Source: Pirellulales bacterium
GTDB lineage: Bacteria > Planctomycetota > Planctomycetia > Pirellulales > PALSA-1355
Assembly (NCBI GenBank): GCA_963733035.1
Contig: CAVTBU010000007.1
Location: forward strand, 384,001-448,000
Direction: 5' to 3'
Length of the DNA: 64,000 nt
Position numbers and translations under genes: made by a program
Notes under the pieces: model-generated
Told to the model about the DNA's origin: nothing
Database searches by the model: none
The model's input: only the letters and a program-made list of their open reading frames with translations
Shown here: positions 31,172-44,751 of the stretch, piece after piece
How the letters are laid out: every line of letters begins with the position of its first letter
How positions within the stretch are numbered: the stretch's first letter is position 1

Positions 31172-31369
31172 ATGACGCACGAATTTCTACCCAGCCCGGC
31201 GTCCAAGAAACAGGATCCAGACAAAATCCAGCAGAACCTGGAATCGTTCGCTACGTTCGACCTTTGGATGGACGATCAGTTGGAAAAGCTGGTCGCCCGG
31301 TGGATCCACGCGGCCGCTCCGAATGCCGAGCGTGCTGCGCTGAAATTCGAACGGTCATTTGTCCGCTAA
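31172..31369 (+). CDS. Small hypothetical protein (65 aa)
   Basis: Strong RBS GGAGG; sits in an intergenic position. Confidence 0.6.
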   Translation: MTHEFLPSPASKKQDPDKIQQNLESFATFDLWMDDQLEKLVARWIHAAAPNAERAALKFERSFVR

Positions 31370-31461
31370 CGGCGCCTGGCTTCCGCGAGACGACGATCGA
31401 CCGCATAAAAATCGCCCGCAAAACCATGGAACGCTCTGGTTCGAATCGTTCCGGTGCTGAT

Positions 31462-33669
31462 CTACGGGCGGGCTAACCACTTCACGGCTTCGGCAGTTGT
31501 TCCCTCCGCGGGGCCTGTGTAAACCTGCAGCTTGCCGCCCGCTCCAGCGGCCGTATATGCGGCGCTCACCAACCCCGGCGGCATCGGCGCTTCTCCCGCC
31601 AGCCACGTAGCGCCTGGCGCGCCAAGTGCCAACAGCCCTGGCAAGTCTCCATACTTCACCGCGCCGGGCAGAAAGTTCACGTCGCGAGCGCTCGTCACCT
31701 TTGCGAAACGGAACCCGCCTGTGTCGATTGCAGCTCGCCCCACCGCTTCGCCGGCTTGCGCCCGCGCGGCCGCCGCCCAGGCGCCGGCGGTGCCTAATCC
31801 GAGCAGGTCAACTTGTGGTTTCTCTCCGGCATACGTGCTACAGAACGAAATCAACGTGAGTACATCGTGCACTCGTTCAGCGAACAGCGCCGGATTGTAA
31901 CCGTACGTGTAGCCGGCGAACTCGCGCGGGTTGTCGACGCGGCGGTTCTCGGTGACGGGCTGCCCATCTTTCAGGAACTCGCCCTGATAGAGTAGATCGA
32001 CTCCCACGACCGCGGCCCCCGAAGCAAGCAGTTGCTTCACTTCCGCAGTCGGCATTCCATCGGCTCCAAACAGACCGTCCTTGCCTGCCTCGTGAATCCA
32101 GATCACCACCCGCTTGTTCCAGTTGGCCGGATGGAAGATCACGACGGGTAGTTCCTCTCCGGCCGGACGGTTGCGAACGAGCGAATTGAGTTGGCGGTAG
32201 TCGGCCTCGTCGGCTTCGGTCGTGGCCTCGTATTCCAATTGATCGGATGCCGGAAGCCGACGTCCAATGACAATGTCGAAGCCGCCCCCCACTACTTCGC
32301 GAAACTTTGCCAGCGAAGTCGAGTCGCTCGGCGTCAGCGCCGCAATTTGACGATCCGCCGCTTCGGTCATGTACTTCACGAGCGATCGCTCGTAGTCGCC
32401 GCCGCTGGGCGGTTTGGGATGCGCCTCGTCCCACACCGTCATCTCCGCCACCGACAGCAGCGGGAAGTCTTCCTCGATGACCGGCTCGGGAAGCTTCAGC
32501 CCCAAGTGTTTGTTGAGGAATTGATACATCACTTCGCGGCTGACAAAGTTGTAGTTGTGACCGAACTGCGGCAGGACCTTCCCCAGCACCAGGTCTGGCA
32601 CGCCGAGCATCACATAGTGCTGCTTGAGCTCCGGCAACCCCTTGGTCGCTAGTTCCTTTGTCCAATCGTCCGCGCCCGTCATCCCCAGCGGACGCGGCGC
32701 GGTCAGAGCCGCGAACTCGATATTGCCGGTGCCCACCCGAAGCAGGCTGCAATTCTCGCAGGTGCAGCCACCTTGCATGGCGGTCGAAACCATCACGGCT
32801 GGAAACGCCACGGCGGGCCGTTCGTCGATGGCCACCAGGATGAACGTCTGCGTGCCTCCACCGCTCGCGCCGGTCACGGCGATGCGGGCCGGATCGACGT
32901 CAGGCAGTTCGCTCAGCCAGTCGAGCGCCCGAATCGAATTGTACGTTTGCAATCCCATGATGCTTTGCAAACGAAGTTCGGCCTGCGTGCTGTAAAAGCC
33001 CCAGTTCTCCGCTGTGTCGAAATCGGGACGCTGTTTGGAAAATCCGTGCGCCAAGCCTTCGGACAACTGTTGGCTATCGGCGCGGCCGACCATGTCGTAG
33101 TGAAACACAATGCAGCCCATCCGGGCGAGCTGTACGCAACGCGCCTGCAACGGCGATCGCGCGCCGTTCATAAATCGCTCGGCGCCGGCCACGATTTGCT
33201 TCTTGGCCTCCGCTTCGCCGGCATCGTAAAAGCGACCGTCGGCCCAGTGACCGTGCGGGCACAAAACGGCTGGCAGCTTTCCCTCCTTGCCGGTGGGGCG
33301 ATACAGATTGCCTGTCACGAAATGACCCGGGTAACTTTCCAGGTAGACGCGCTCGACGGTGTAGCCTTCGCGATCGATCTTGCCGTGCACCACGGCGTTG
33401 TGCGGCGTGCGCTCGGGCATCGGCCACAAACCGTTGGCCACTAGGACCTGTCGCCGTACGTCCGCGGCCCGACGGGTCCAATCTTCTTTGCTGGGCGACG
33501 GGGTAAACGGAAAATATCCGTTCAAGTCTTTCAGAGGTCCCAAGCGAACGTCATTTGGCGTTTGCCCCTCGGGCAAGATTCGGGGCCCAGCAGCGATGGC
33601 TGCCGGCAGCATGGCACCCAACACGAACAAACAAAGCGCAATTCGACGAGCACACGAAAAATACATCAT
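31462..33669 (-). CDS. Secreted acetylxylan-esterase-like double alpha/beta hydrolase
   Basis: Signal peptide; motifs LCPHGHW, VTGASGGGTQT and GGCTCE. Confidence 0.85.
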   Translation of the reverse strand: MMYFSCARRIALCLFVLGAMLPAAIAAGPRILPEGQTPNDVRLGPLKDLNGYFPFTPSPSKEDWTRRAADVRRQVLVANGLWPMPERTPHNAVVHGKIDREGYTVERVYLESYPGHFVTGNLYRPTGKEGKLPAVLCPHGHWADGRFYDAGEAEAKKQIVAGAERFMNGARSPLQARCVQLARMGCIVFHYDMVGRADSQQLSEGLAHGFSKQRPDFDTAENWGFYSTQAELRLQSIMGLQTYNSIRALDWLSELPDVDPARIAVTGASGGGTQTFILVAIDERPAVAFPAVMVSTAMQGGCTCENCSLLRVGTGNIEFAALTAPRPLGMTGADDWTKELATKGLPELKQHYVMLGVPDLVLGKVLPQFGHNYNFVSREVMYQFLNKHLGLKLPEPVIEEDFPLLSVAEMTVWDEAHPKPPSGGDYERSLVKYMTEAADRQIAALTPSDSTSLAKFREVVGGGFDIVIGRRLPASDQLEYEATTEADEADYRQLNSLVRNRPAGEELPVVIFHPANWNKRVVIWIHEAGKDGLFGADGMPTAEVKQLLASGAAVVGVDLLYQGEFLKDGQPVTENRRVDNPREFAGYTYGYNPALFAERVHDVLTLISFCSTYAGEKPQVDLLGLGTAGAWAAAARAQAGEAVGRAAIDTGGFRFAKVTSARDVNFLPGAVKYGDLPGLLALGAPGATWLAGEAPMPPGLVSAAYTAAGAGGKLQVYTGPAEGTTAEAVKWLARP

Positions 33670-33846
33670 GGGAGTCACGTCTCGGGGGTAACGCGGTTCA
33701 GCTTCAGGTTGGATCGCTAGGTAGGATATACTGGCCCCCGTCCAGAATAGGTGCTAGCGGGCCAGAATTCCAGCGTCCCGGACGTTTGGCGGGCCGAAAT
33801 CATATCTCGGACACCCTTCCTGATTGGGGCAACTGACGAGGAGTTC

Positions 33847-34527
33847 ATGAGCGATCGACATCGGGCCGTCTATGTCGCGGCCAACGCCCAGCAGGCTCAT
33901 ATGCTGCGGAACCTATTGGCCGACGCCGGCATCAACTCGTTCGTCAGCAACGACACGCTGAACGGCGTCCATTTTTCCCCAGGCGACTGGATGGTCCGCG
34001 CCGCCGGTGGTCCTGGGTTCGAGCCCACCGCGCCCAAGATCGTTGTTCACGAGGACCATGCCGAACAGGCTCGACAAATCCTGTTGGCAGCGGAAGTCAC
34101 GCTCGACAGCGGCGAGGCCTCGCCCGAATTAACGCGGCTGGTCGCCGAAGCCGACGCCGACGCGCACTGGCCAGCATGCCCACATTGCGGTCGGCCGCGT
34201 CTGGCAACTTGTCCGATCTGCAAGTCTTCGGGAACCGACTTCGCCGAGGCTTTCTTGCCAGAGTCGGACGATATTGCGACCGACGAGCAGCAGCATTTGG
34301 TGCTTTGTCCGACCTGCGACGAGGCGTTCGCGCCGCGCTATCCGGCCCGCTGCGAATGGTGCGGACATCGATTCCGCGACGGCTACGAAGCGCCCGAGCC
34401 GAAGCCGCTTCTCTCGCCGCCGCAATTGCCGGCGGACATGAACGGCCGCGTGGGGCTATTACTGCTGGGAATGGCGGTCGTACTGGCAGCACTGTTCGGT
34501 TGGTTTTCCTTTTTGGTCGAGCGCTGA
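33847..34527 (+). CDS. DUF2007-like N-terminal domain + Zn-ribbon membrane protein
   Basis: AHMLRNLLADAGI motif, four CxxC pairs, and a C-terminal TM helix. Confidence 0.7.
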   Translation: MSDRHRAVYVAANAQQAHMLRNLLADAGINSFVSNDTLNGVHFSPGDWMVRAAGGPGFEPTAPKIVVHEDHAEQARQILLAAEVTLDSGEASPELTRLVAEADADAHWPACPHCGRPRLATCPICKSSGTDFAEAFLPESDDIATDEQQHLVLCPTCDEAFAPRYPARCEWCGHRFRDGYEAPEPKPLLSPPQLPADMNGRVGLLLLGMAVVLAALFGWFSFLVER

Positions 34528-34657
34528 TCGCGGTGGATGCCGCCAACTAGCACCGACGACACGGTTGACCAGCGGTGCGAATGCCACCCGCGGCGCGACG
34601 GCCCAAACGCCGTCGGCGTTGCCTCCGGGCTAAACGCGATGCCGGTTGCCGAAGACG

Positions 34658-36064
<1,407 letters not shown>

Positions 36065-36279
36065 TCATCGTATCGGTCGTAGAGTGTTTGTCAATTCAAA
36101 GCGTATGCCGTCACGATGCTTTGGGGGCCGGCCCGGCAGTTGCGAATCGGGCTGTGCAACTCTCGCGTGGCATCACGTTGGCGGCCGTGCTATATTCGAG
36201 CCATACGAGGGGGCACGAGTATCCCAGCTGTGCGATGGATTCGCTCGTCGCCTTCCGGTTGCTCACGTGGAGAACCACG

Positions 36280-36699
36280 ATGAAATCCGTCTCGCTCGTA
36301 GCGCTTTGCGCATGTAGTCTTTTTCTTGACGCTGCCCGAGCTGCCGACGAACAAGCCGACCAGCAAAAACTCCAGGGCAAGTGGATCGTCGACTCGTTCG
36401 AGTTCGACGGTATGCCAGTCGATCAAATGACCGGCGCAACCCGCGAGTTCGTCGGCGACAAATACACGCTCGTCCCCAAATCTGGCGAGTCCTACAGCGG
36501 CACGTTCAAGCTCGCGCCGGGCGAGTCGCCCAAGCAAATCGATCTGATCATGCCCGACCGAACCCTTCAGGGCATCTACGAGCTGGACGGGCAAATTCTA
36601 AAGATGGCCTATACGCTCGACGGCGACGCGCGACCAACCGAGCTTGCAAGCAAACCGGGAACCGGTGTCGTGCTAGTCGTGCACAAGAAAGCGAATTAG
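36280..36699 (+). CDS. TIGR03067 domain secreted protein
   Basis: Motifs KLQGKW, PKQIDL, GIYELDG and RPTE. Confidence 0.85.
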   Translation: MKSVSLVALCACSLFLDAARAADEQADQQKLQGKWIVDSFEFDGMPVDQMTGATREFVGDKYTLVPKSGESYSGTFKLAPGESPKQIDLIMPDRTLQGIYELDGQILKMAYTLDGDARPTELASKPGTGVVLVVHKKAN

Positions 36700-36808
36700 C
36701 CGAACTGAAGCTGTTTAGCCCGGAGCCAGCGGCGAAGGTGCTTTTGCACGACCCGCCACAGACGTCCACGGCGATATTTCCGCGCAATTGAATTCCGTCG
36801 CGCGGCAG

Positions 36809-38191
36809 CTACAGTGTCTTCAAGTACTCGAGCACCGCCTGCTTTTCATCGTCGGTCAGCGCATCGGGAAACGTGTGCCCTGCGGCGCTTTTGCCGAATT
36901 GCGTGGTGTCGAAATACTTGCGGCGCTCGCGACCCGACTTCACGTCCGCCGGAAGCTCGTCAAAGGTGGCAATCTCCAGCCCGACGTTTTGCTGATCGTA
37001 GCCGTCCTCGGTGCGGCGCCACACTTTGGGCCGCTCGCTGGGATGCAGCACGTGCCATAGCGTCGGCACCGCGCCGTTGTGGAAGTACGGCCCAGAGGCC
37101 CAAATGCCGTCCAGCGGCGGGGCGACGTAGCCGCCCGGATCGTCAACCGTCTCATCCTCGCCGAAGTGGCCAAACCACGTCTTGGCATAGCCGCGCCGGT
37201 GCTCGGGCGAAAGCGACTTGAGCCGCACAGGATCGGTGGCGACTTCCTCGATCGGCACGATCTTGTTCGGATAGGTCTCCTCGGCGCCATAAGTGCCGTG
37301 ACAGTCGGCACAGTGATTGTTAAAAACCACCTCGCCCTGCCCTGCCAATTGCTTGTCGACTGCAAACGGGTATGCCGGCGCTTCGAGCGATTCGAGCCAG
37401 GCGTAAACTTCCTCGAACTCGTCTTCGAGTTCCGCGAACTGCTTCGGCCCATTTTCCGGAATCAGCATGAACTGCATCAGCGGTCGGTGCCCCTTGGGCG
37501 CAAAACCGTCGCAGTAAAGATGCGACTTCTTTTTGAAGTTCCACCAGGCCGGGGCATCGTGATCGTGATGCGTCATCGGCGGCGGCACACTCGGCCTGAA
37601 GTTCAACTCGGGGTCGCGATTGGCCATCAGGGCCACGCCAAACATCACGGCGTTGGTTGTGCCATTGCTCGTGCCCAGGGGAAAGACGGTCGAGGCCAGA
37701 TCCATTCGCGCCAGCTTCTTATGAAGCTTCAGCTTCGTGCTGCGGACGTCCTCCATCAGCGTCTGCATCGCGAAATGCGAATTCGGCACACCGGGAATCA
37801 CCATGCCCGCTACCTTTCCCTGGTGGCAAGATAGGCAATTCATCGTCCAGGTGCCGTTCGACTCGACGACGTATTGTTGCGGCTTTCCGGACGTGTCACC
37901 GGGAGTGGAGGTGAAACCGTACCGCGAGAATGCCATTTGCCGCCGCTCTTCGGGAGTCGCCTTTTCGGCCTCGCTGCGTGCTGGCTCTTCCCAGACCTGC
38001 CAAATGTTGTCGAACACCTCCTGATCAAAGTCGGCCGACAGGATCGGCTCGCTGGTCAGAAATTTGTAACCGGCCGCGGCATAAGCCTTTGGAACAATCG
38101 GGTCGATCTGGATGGCCAGCGGATTGTCGGCGGCCAATGCGAGTGAAGCGGCGAAAACCGCTGCCAGCGAGGCCGAAACGGTGAGCCTCAT
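36809..38191 (-). CDS. Secreted di-heme cytochrome c (RoxA-like)
   Basis: Heme motifs CLSCH and CADCH, plus GYVAPPLDGIWASGPYFHNG. Confidence 0.85.
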   Translation of the reverse strand: MRLTVSASLAAVFAASLALAADNPLAIQIDPIVPKAYAAAGYKFLTSEPILSADFDQEVFDNIWQVWEEPARSEAEKATPEERRQMAFSRYGFTSTPGDTSGKPQQYVVESNGTWTMNCLSCHQGKVAGMVIPGVPNSHFAMQTLMEDVRSTKLKLHKKLARMDLASTVFPLGTSNGTTNAVMFGVALMANRDPELNFRPSVPPPMTHHDHDAPAWWNFKKKSHLYCDGFAPKGHRPLMQFMLIPENGPKQFAELEDEFEEVYAWLESLEAPAYPFAVDKQLAGQGEVVFNNHCADCHGTYGAEETYPNKIVPIEEVATDPVRLKSLSPEHRRGYAKTWFGHFGEDETVDDPGGYVAPPLDGIWASGPYFHNGAVPTLWHVLHPSERPKVWRRTEDGYDQQNVGLEIATFDELPADVKSGRERRKYFDTTQFGKSAAGHTFPDALTDDEKQAVLEYLKTL

Positions 38192-38383
38192 GCGATCAAC
38201 TCCCGAGGGTGGTGCGTTGCGCGTTAGTGTAACACGCCGCCACCAAGAAAGAAATATCCGGACAAGTCGGTCCATAGCCCACCCCGGCTTCCGGCGAACG
38301 ACTGGTAAATGGTTTTGGGATGCGGGCGCGCTCGACCGCTGCAAGGTTTCCTGGGTGCGGCACCGCGACTTACCACCTTGTTG

Positions 38384-39169
38384 TCAGTTGCGAGTTCGTT
38401 GCTTGTAGAGTCCCCAAAAGTCCGGCGCGACGGTTTCCCGGTTCGGGTCGCTTCGGGTGAAGAAGTACTGGGGGCCCAGGTGGGCAAGAACCGCCTCCTC
38501 GCGGGCCTGGTATGCGGGCGTGTTCCACGATTCGGGAGAGTCGGCCAGCGACAGGAGCACGCCATCACTAATCGCATGCGCCTCGCTGGCGGGTGCGGAG
38601 ACGAGTTGGTCGCGTCCGATCAGGTTCACATAGACGTTGCCAAAGTAATTCAGCCAGTACAGCCCAGGAAGATACTTTGTCAGCCGAATACCCACTGCCC
38701 AGGTTCCTTCTTGGTCGCTGTGCATATTCTTGGCTTCGAACTCCTCTCGCAGATGAGCGTGCCCGTACGTAATGGGCAACTGAGCACAGATGTCCCGAAA
38801 CAACTTGTGGACCGTTGGCACGACCGGACTGCCTTCGATGGACGGGAGATCAAGAAACTCGATTGAGAGTCGGTTCATGTCAGGAGGGTATGTTGTGTCG
38901 CAGTAATGCAGATAAAACCTGGCGCCGGGCTGCTTGGTCCATAGAACGCCACGTCCCAATCCCCTCCGAGGTGGAAGCGACTCGTGTACGAATTCATAGA
39001 GCTGCGACGGATCCCGGATTGCCATTGCATCCGGATCGTCCTCAAGGCAAGAAGCCCGGAGCCGAGAGTACCAGCTCGGCAAATGCTCACGCAGCACGGC
39101 CATCAGCGAATCCAATTGCGGCCGATCGAACATCGGCCGATCGAGGCAGAAAGAACACCAAATATGCAT
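38384..39169 (-). CDS. Hypothetical protein resembling polymorphic-toxin immunity proteins
   Basis: LPGLYWLNYFG...IGRDQL motif; lower GC than its neighbours; no adjacent toxin. Confidence 0.55.
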   Translation of the reverse strand: MHIWCSFCLDRPMFDRPQLDSLMAVLREHLPSWYSRLRASCLEDDPDAMAIRDPSQLYEFVHESLPPRRGLGRGVLWTKQPGARFYLHYCDTTYPPDMNRLSIEFLDLPSIEGSPVVPTVHKLFRDICAQLPITYGHAHLREEFEAKNMHSDQEGTWAVGIRLTKYLPGLYWLNYFGNVYVNLIGRDQLVSAPASEAHAISDGVLLSLADSPESWNTPAYQAREEAVLAHLGPQYFFTRSDPNRETVAPDFWGLYKQRTRN

Positions 39170-39445
39170 TGCGCTCCTCCACGGAGTTCATTTCGATCTA
39201 TTTGCCGTCGAGCCGCTCGATTCGTCCCCAGCCGCCTGTAAAGAACTCCCCCCAACTGCGCACTCGCTTGTAGCCGAATTTGGCGCTAAGCTCGTCGACG
39301 AGCTTTCCCATCTCCAAGGCCTTTTTCAGAATGGCGGCTAAGCGAAGTCAGCATTGACGCGAGCCGTTCATGGCAAACGGCGATAGGAAAGGATATTCTC
39401 GCGTCGATAGAGGCTCCGTCACCGCGCGACCGCAATGGCCCTCGC

Positions 39446-40844
39446 TTACAGCGTCCAGCCCTTGCGATATTCGGAGTGCACGAACGCATTGAGTTCCGGG
39501 GCGTTGGTTAGCCGCTGATTTTCCGCGTCCCACTCGAGCCGCCGGCCGGGAGCGCGCATCGCCAGCACGCCGAGCAGCGCAATCTCGGTCAGGGGGCCAC
39601 TGTAGTCGAAATTGGAGACGGGGCGACCGTCGCCTTTGCATGCCGCCAGCCACTCCTCGTAATGCCCGACCGAGCGGGGAATTGTCTTGGGCACCTTCGC
39701 CGCTTCTTCATGCAGCGCCGCCGGCAGCAACTGCGGCATGCCGCCGTGCGAACCATGAAACATCTTGCCCTTGGTGCCGACGTAGAGCACCCCGTTGCCA
39801 GGTAGCTCACTCACGGCCGGCATTTCCGCCGGCGTCGGCGGCATCAAGCCTCCTTCGTACCAGGTCATCCGCACCGGGGGCTGCGTGCCGCGCGCCGGAA
39901 ACTCGTAGGTGATGATCGAGGCGATCGGAAACGTCTCGCGGTTCGGGCTGCCGTCGGCCCGACGCGAGCCATCGAGCGTCGAACGACATTCGACCGTGGT
40001 CGGCGCGCCGAGCCCCAGTGCCCACACCGGATGGTCGATGATGTGGCAACCCATGTCGCCCAGCGCGCCCGTTCCAAAATCCCACCAACCGCGCCAGTTG
40101 TGCGGCGCGTAGGCGGGATGATAGGGACGCTGCGGGGCCGGACCTAACCACAGATCCCAATTCAACGTTGTCGGCACCGGCGGCATATCGGCAGGCCGAC
40201 CGATGCCCTGCTTCCACAGTAGCCCCGCGCGGTCGCTCCAGGTGTGTACTTCGGTGACGTCGCCGATCACGCCCGCCTGGATCCATTCGTTGGTCAGTCG
40301 CGCTCCTTCGGTGGCATGCCCTTGATTACCCATCTGCGTGGCGACTCCGGCGCTGCGGGCGGCCTTGGTCAGTTCGCGGCATTCGTGCAGCGTGTGGGTG
40401 AGTGGTTTTTGGCAATAGACGTGCTTGCCGGCGCGAATGGCGGCCATTGCGGCCACGGCATGCGTATGGTCGGGCGTGCCGACCGAGACCGCATCGATGT
40501 GCCTGGCCTCTTGATCGAGCATTTTTCGAAAATCCTGATACCGCGGCGCCTTGGGAAAGGCGTTGAAAATTCCGGCCGCCCGTTGCTCGTCCACGTCGCA
40601 CAGCGCCACGATGTTTGCGCCGTTCTTGGCGTGTGTCGCGATGTCGCCGCCGCCCATCCCCCCTGCCCCGATCCCCGCCAGGTTGACGCGCTCGACTCGG
40701 CGCCAGGTAACCGCCGCCCCCAAGCACGTGCCGCGGCACGATCATGAAGCTGAACGCGGCTGCGCTGCCGGCCAGGAAACTACGTCGGCTGGGAAAATCG
40801 CCGGTGGTCGATTTTGTCGTGTGTGAAGCGATGCGATGTTTCAT
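39446..40844 (-). CDS. Tat-exported Gfo/Idh/MocA oxidoreductase (frameshift near 40695)
   Basis: Twin-arginine SRRSFL; motifs AGIGAGGMG, TPDHTH, YCQKP and GDMGCH. Confidence 0.9.
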
Positions 40845-41040
40845 CGAAGCTCCTTTCGGGCGAACAAGCGAGCGCGGGTAGGATGGTGCGTTGCAAGTGG
40901 GACTTAGTATAGCGGGGGCGCACGTGCCGCGCGGTTGGCGGTCGCGAATCGTCAGAATGCCGTATTCAAGACGGGGGATGCCGAAGTGGTCACGGGCGGA
41001 CGCGGTCGGCGATGCCTCGCGGCTAAACGGTTCCGCGTGG

Positions 41041-44000
41041 CTAGCTCTTCGTGGGCTCGTAACCTAAGTTCGGGGCCAGCCAGCGCTCAACTTCCGCGAG
41101 CGTCATTCCCTTGCGTTTGGCGTAGTCTTCGGCCTGGTCGCGGGCGATGCGGTCGACCGAGAAGTAGCGGGCCTCGGGATGGGCGAAGTACAGGCCGCTG
41201 ACACTGGCGGCCGGCAGCATCGCGAAGCTTTCGGTCAGCTCGATGCTGGCCTTGTTGGTGGCATCGAGCAGTTTGAACAAGATCGCCTTTTCGGTGTGAT
41301 CGGGGCAGGCCGGGTAGCCGGCCGCGGGACGAATACCGCGGTACTTCTCGGCAATCAATTCGTCGTTCGAGAGATTCTCCTCGTCGCCGTAGCCCCAGTC
41401 GTGGCGGGCACGCTTGTGCAGGCATTCGGCAAACGCTTCGGCCAGTCGATCGGCCAGGGCCTTCACCAGAATGGAATGGTAGTCGTCGTGGTCGGCTTCG
41501 TACTGGGCCACCAGTTTGTCGATGCCGATGCCGGTCGTGACCGCAAACGCGCCGAGATAATCTGGCCGACCGCTATCGAGCGGAGCGACGTAATCGGCCA
41601 GCGACGTGAAATGCTTCTGACCCTTGCGTTCCCACTGTTGGCGCAGCATGTGAAACCGTGTCAGTTCCCGCTGCCGCGACTCGTCGGCATACAGCACGAC
41701 GTCGTCTCCCACGGAGCCCGCCGGCCAGAAGCCGTACACACCGCGCGCGGTCAGCAGCTTTTCGCTGACGATCCGCTTGAGCATCGCTTGGGCGTCTGCG
41801 TAGAGTTTTTTCGCACTCTCGCCGTAGGTCGGATCGTCGAAGATCTTGGGATACTTGCCCTTCAGTTCCCAGGTGAGAAAGAACGGCGACCAATCGATAA
41901 AGTCCACCAGCTGCTCGAGCGGGAAATCCTCCAGCACCCGCACGCCCGTGAACGACGGTTTGTCGATCCGCACATTGGCCCAATCGGTCGGCAGGTGTCT
42001 TGCCTTGGCCTCGGCATAGGGTGTCAGCGCGATCTGCTGCCGGGTGTTGTACGACTCGACCAGCGCTTCCTGATCCTGCCGGTTCTTGGCTTCGAAGCCG
42101 GTCCGCAGTTTCGGATTAATCAGTCGATCGACGACCCCCACGCTGCGCGAGGCGTCGAGCACGTGCACCGTCGCATTGCGATAGGCCGGGGCGATTTTGA
42201 CGGCCGTGTGCTTGGCGCTGGTGGTGGCCCCGCCAATGAGCAGCGGGATGTCGAAGTCTTGGCGGTCCATTTCGCCAGCCACGTGCACCATCTCGTCGAG
42301 GCTCGGCGTGATCAAGCCCGACAGCCCGATCATGTCGACACCTTCGCTACGGGCGGTCTCCAGAATCTTTTCGCAGGGAACCATCACGCCCAAATCGATT
42401 ATTTCGTAATTGTTGCAGCCGAGCACCACGCCGACGATGTTTTTGCCGATGTCGTGCACGTCCCCCTTGACCGTGGCCAAGAGCACTTTTCCGCGAGCCG
42501 ACTGCGACTGCGTACCGGCTTCGATCTTCTCCTGCTCCATGTAGGGCAGCAGGTAGGCCACGGCCTTCTTCATTACCCGCGCGCTTTTGACGACTTGCGG
42601 CAGGAACATTTTGCCGGCGCCGAACAGGTCGCCGACGATCGACATGCCGTCCATCAGCGGCCCTTCAATGATCTGCAGGCAGCGATCGTATTTTTGCCGA
42701 GCTTCCTCAACATCTTGTTCGACGTAGTCGACAATGCCCTTGACCAGCGCATGCGCCAGCCGCTTTTCCAAAGGTTCGTTGCGCCAGGCCAGCGTCTGTG
42801 CCTCGCTCGGGCCGCCTGACTTTTTAACCGTTTCGGCAAAGCTGACGAGCCGCTCGGTGGCATCCGGCCGGCGATTGAGCAGCACGTCTTCGACCAACGC
42901 GAGCAGGTCCTTGGGAATCTCCTCGTAGACCGCGAGCTGACCGGCGTTGACGATGCCCATGTCCAGCCCGGCATGGATCGCGTGATACAGGAATGCCGCG
43001 TGAATCGCCTCGCGCACCACGTCGTTACCGCGAAACGAGAACGACACGTTGCTCACTCCGCCAGAAACCTTGGCGCCCGGACAGCGCTGCTTGATCAGCT
43101 TCATGGCCTCGAAGAAGTTGACCGCGTAGTTGTTGTGCTCCTCGATCCCCGTGGCCACGGTGAGGATGTTCGGATCGAAGATGATATCCTCGGGCGGCAT
43201 GCCCACTTTTTCGGTGAGCAGCTTGTAGGCCCGCTCGCAGATGGCCGCCTTGCGGTCGGTTTCGGTGGCCTGCCCTTCCTCATCAAACGCCATGACCACG
43301 ACGGCGGCGCCGTAGCGGCGTACCAGTCGGGCGTGGTGCAGGAACTGCTCTTCCCCCTCCTTGAGGCTGATCGAGTTGACGATGCCCTTGCCCTGGACGC
43401 ACTTGAGGCCGGCCTCGATGACCGACCACTTGGAGCTGTCGACCATGATCGGAACCCGGGCAATCTCGGGTTCGGCCGAGACGAGGTTCAGGAACTTCGT
43501 CATGGCTGCCTCGCCGTCGAGCATGCCTTCGTCCATGTTGACGTCGATCACATTCGCGCCGGCCTCGACCTGCTCGCGGGCCACGGCGATCGCCTCCTCG
43601 TACTTCTCGTTGAGGATCAAACGGGCGAACTTCTTCGAGCCCGTGACGTTGGTGCGCTCGCCAATCATCAAGAAGTTGCTGTCCGGCCGGATCGTGAGCA
43701 CTTCGAGTCCGCTTAAGCGAGTCAGCGGTTCGATCTTCGGCCGCTTTCGGGGCTGCTTGTCGGCCACCGCCTCGGCGATGGCCTTGATATGGGCAGGCGT
43801 TGTTCCGCAACAACCGCCGACAATGTTCAGCCAGCCGTTGGCCGCGAATTCGCCAAGTACCTTGGCCATCATCTGGGGTGTTTCGTCGAAGCCGCCGAAA
43901 GCGTTCGGCAGGCCGGCGTTCGGATAGCAACTCACATAGATCGGCGCGATCCGCGATAGCTCTTCGACATACGGCCGCAGCATTTCGGGGCCAAGTGCGC

Positions 44001-44751
44001 AGTTCATGCCCACGCTGAGCAAATCGGCATGCGAGATCGAGTTCCAGCAGGCCTCGACCGTTTGGGCCGAGAGCGTGCGGCCGCCGTCGAAGATGGTGAA
44101 CGAAGCCATCACCGGCAGGCGGATATCGTGATCGAGAAAGTACTTCTCGACGGCAAACAAACAGGCCTTGAGCACCAACGTATCGAACGCCGTCTCGCAA
44201 AGCAGGATGTCGACGCCCCCTTCCACCAGCGCGTCAACTTGTTCGTAGTAAGTTTCGACCATCTGGTCGAACGTGGCGCTGCGGTAGCCAGGGTCGTTGA
44301 CGTTGCCGGCAATGGAAAGCTGCTTGTTCGTCGGCCCGATCGAGCCGGCTACGAATCGCGGTCGCTCGGGTGTCTGCAGACTGAGCTGATCGGCGGCCTT
44401 GCGGGCAAGCGCCACGGCCGCCAGATTCAACTCGCGCACACAGTCCGACATGCCAAAGTCGGCCATCGCCACGCTGGTCGCGCCGAAGGTGTTCGTTTCG
44501 ACGATATCGGCCCCCGCCTCCAGATATTGCCGATGAATCTGCTCGATCGCGTCCGGCTGGGTAAGCACCAGGACGTCAATGAAGTTCTTCAGGTCGTGTG
44601 TATGCCTGGCAAACCGCTCGCCGCGGAAGTCTGCCTCGTCGAACTTGAGGGCATGCACCATCGTGCCCATCGCTCCGTCGAGCACCAAAATGCGCTGTTG
44701 GAGCAGTTTTTCGAGGATTTCGCGTGACTGGGCTTGCTGGAGAACGGTCAT
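41041..44751 (-). CDS. metH: B12-dependent methionine synthase
   Basis: Motifs [28 protein letters not shown] and RPAAGYP. Confidence 0.98.
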   Translation of the reverse strand: MTVLQQAQSREILEKLLQQRILVLDGAMGTMVHALKFDEADFRGERFARHTHDLKNFIDVLVLTQPDAIEQIHRQYLEAGADIVETNTFGATSVAMADFGMSDCVRELNLAAVALARKAADQLSLQTPERPRFVAGSIGPTNKQLSIAGNVNDPGYRSATFDQMVETYYEQVDALVEGGVDILLCETAFDTLVLKACLFAVEKYFLDHDIRLPVMASFTIFDGGRTLSAQTVEACWNSISHADLLSVGMNCALGPEMLRPYVEELSRIAPIYVSCYPNAGLPNAFGGFDETPQMMAKVLGEFAANGWLNIVGGCCGTTPAHIKAIAEAVADKQPRKRPKIEPLTRLSGLEVLTIRPDSNFLMIGERTNVTGSKKFARLILNEKYEEAIAVAREQVEAGANVIDVNMDEGMLDGEAAMTKFLNLVSAEPEIARVPIMVDSSKWSVIEAGLKCVQGKGIVNSISLKEGEEQFLHHARLVRRYGAAVVVMAFDEEGQATETDRKAAICERAYKLLTEKVGMPPEDIIFDPNILTVATGIEEHNNYAVNFFEAMKLIKQRCPGAKVSGGVSNVSFSFRGNDVVREAIHAAFLYHAIHAGLDMGIVNAGQLAVYEEIPKDLLALVEDVLLNRRPDATERLVSFAETVKKSGGPSEAQTLAWRNEPLEKRLAHALVKGIVDYVEQDVEEARQKYDRCLQIIEGPLMDGMSIVGDLFGAGKMFLPQVVKSARVMKKAVAYLLPYMEQEKIEAGTQSQSARGKVLLATVKGDVHDIGKNIVGVVLGCNNYEIIDLGVMVPCEKILETARSEGVDMIGLSGLITPSLDEMVHVAGEMDRQDFDIPLLIGGATTSAKHTAVKIAPAYRNATVHVLDASRSVGVVDRLINPKLRTGFEAKNRQDQEALVESYNTRQQIALTPYAEAKARHLPTDWANVRIDKPSFTGVRVLEDFPLEQLVDFIDWSPFFLTWELKGKYPKIFDDPTYGESAKKLYADAQAMLKRIVSEKLLTARGVYGFWPAGSVGDDVVLYADESRQRELTRFHMLRQQWERKGQKHFTSLADYVAPLDSGRPDYLGAFAVTTGIGIDKLVAQYEADHDDYHSILVKALADRLAEAFAECLHKRARHDWGYGDEENLSNDELIAEKYRGIRPAAGYPACPDHTEKAILFKLLDATNKASIELTESFAMLPAASVSGLYFAHPEARYFSVDRIARDQAEDYAKRKGMTLAEVERWLAPNLGYEPTKS

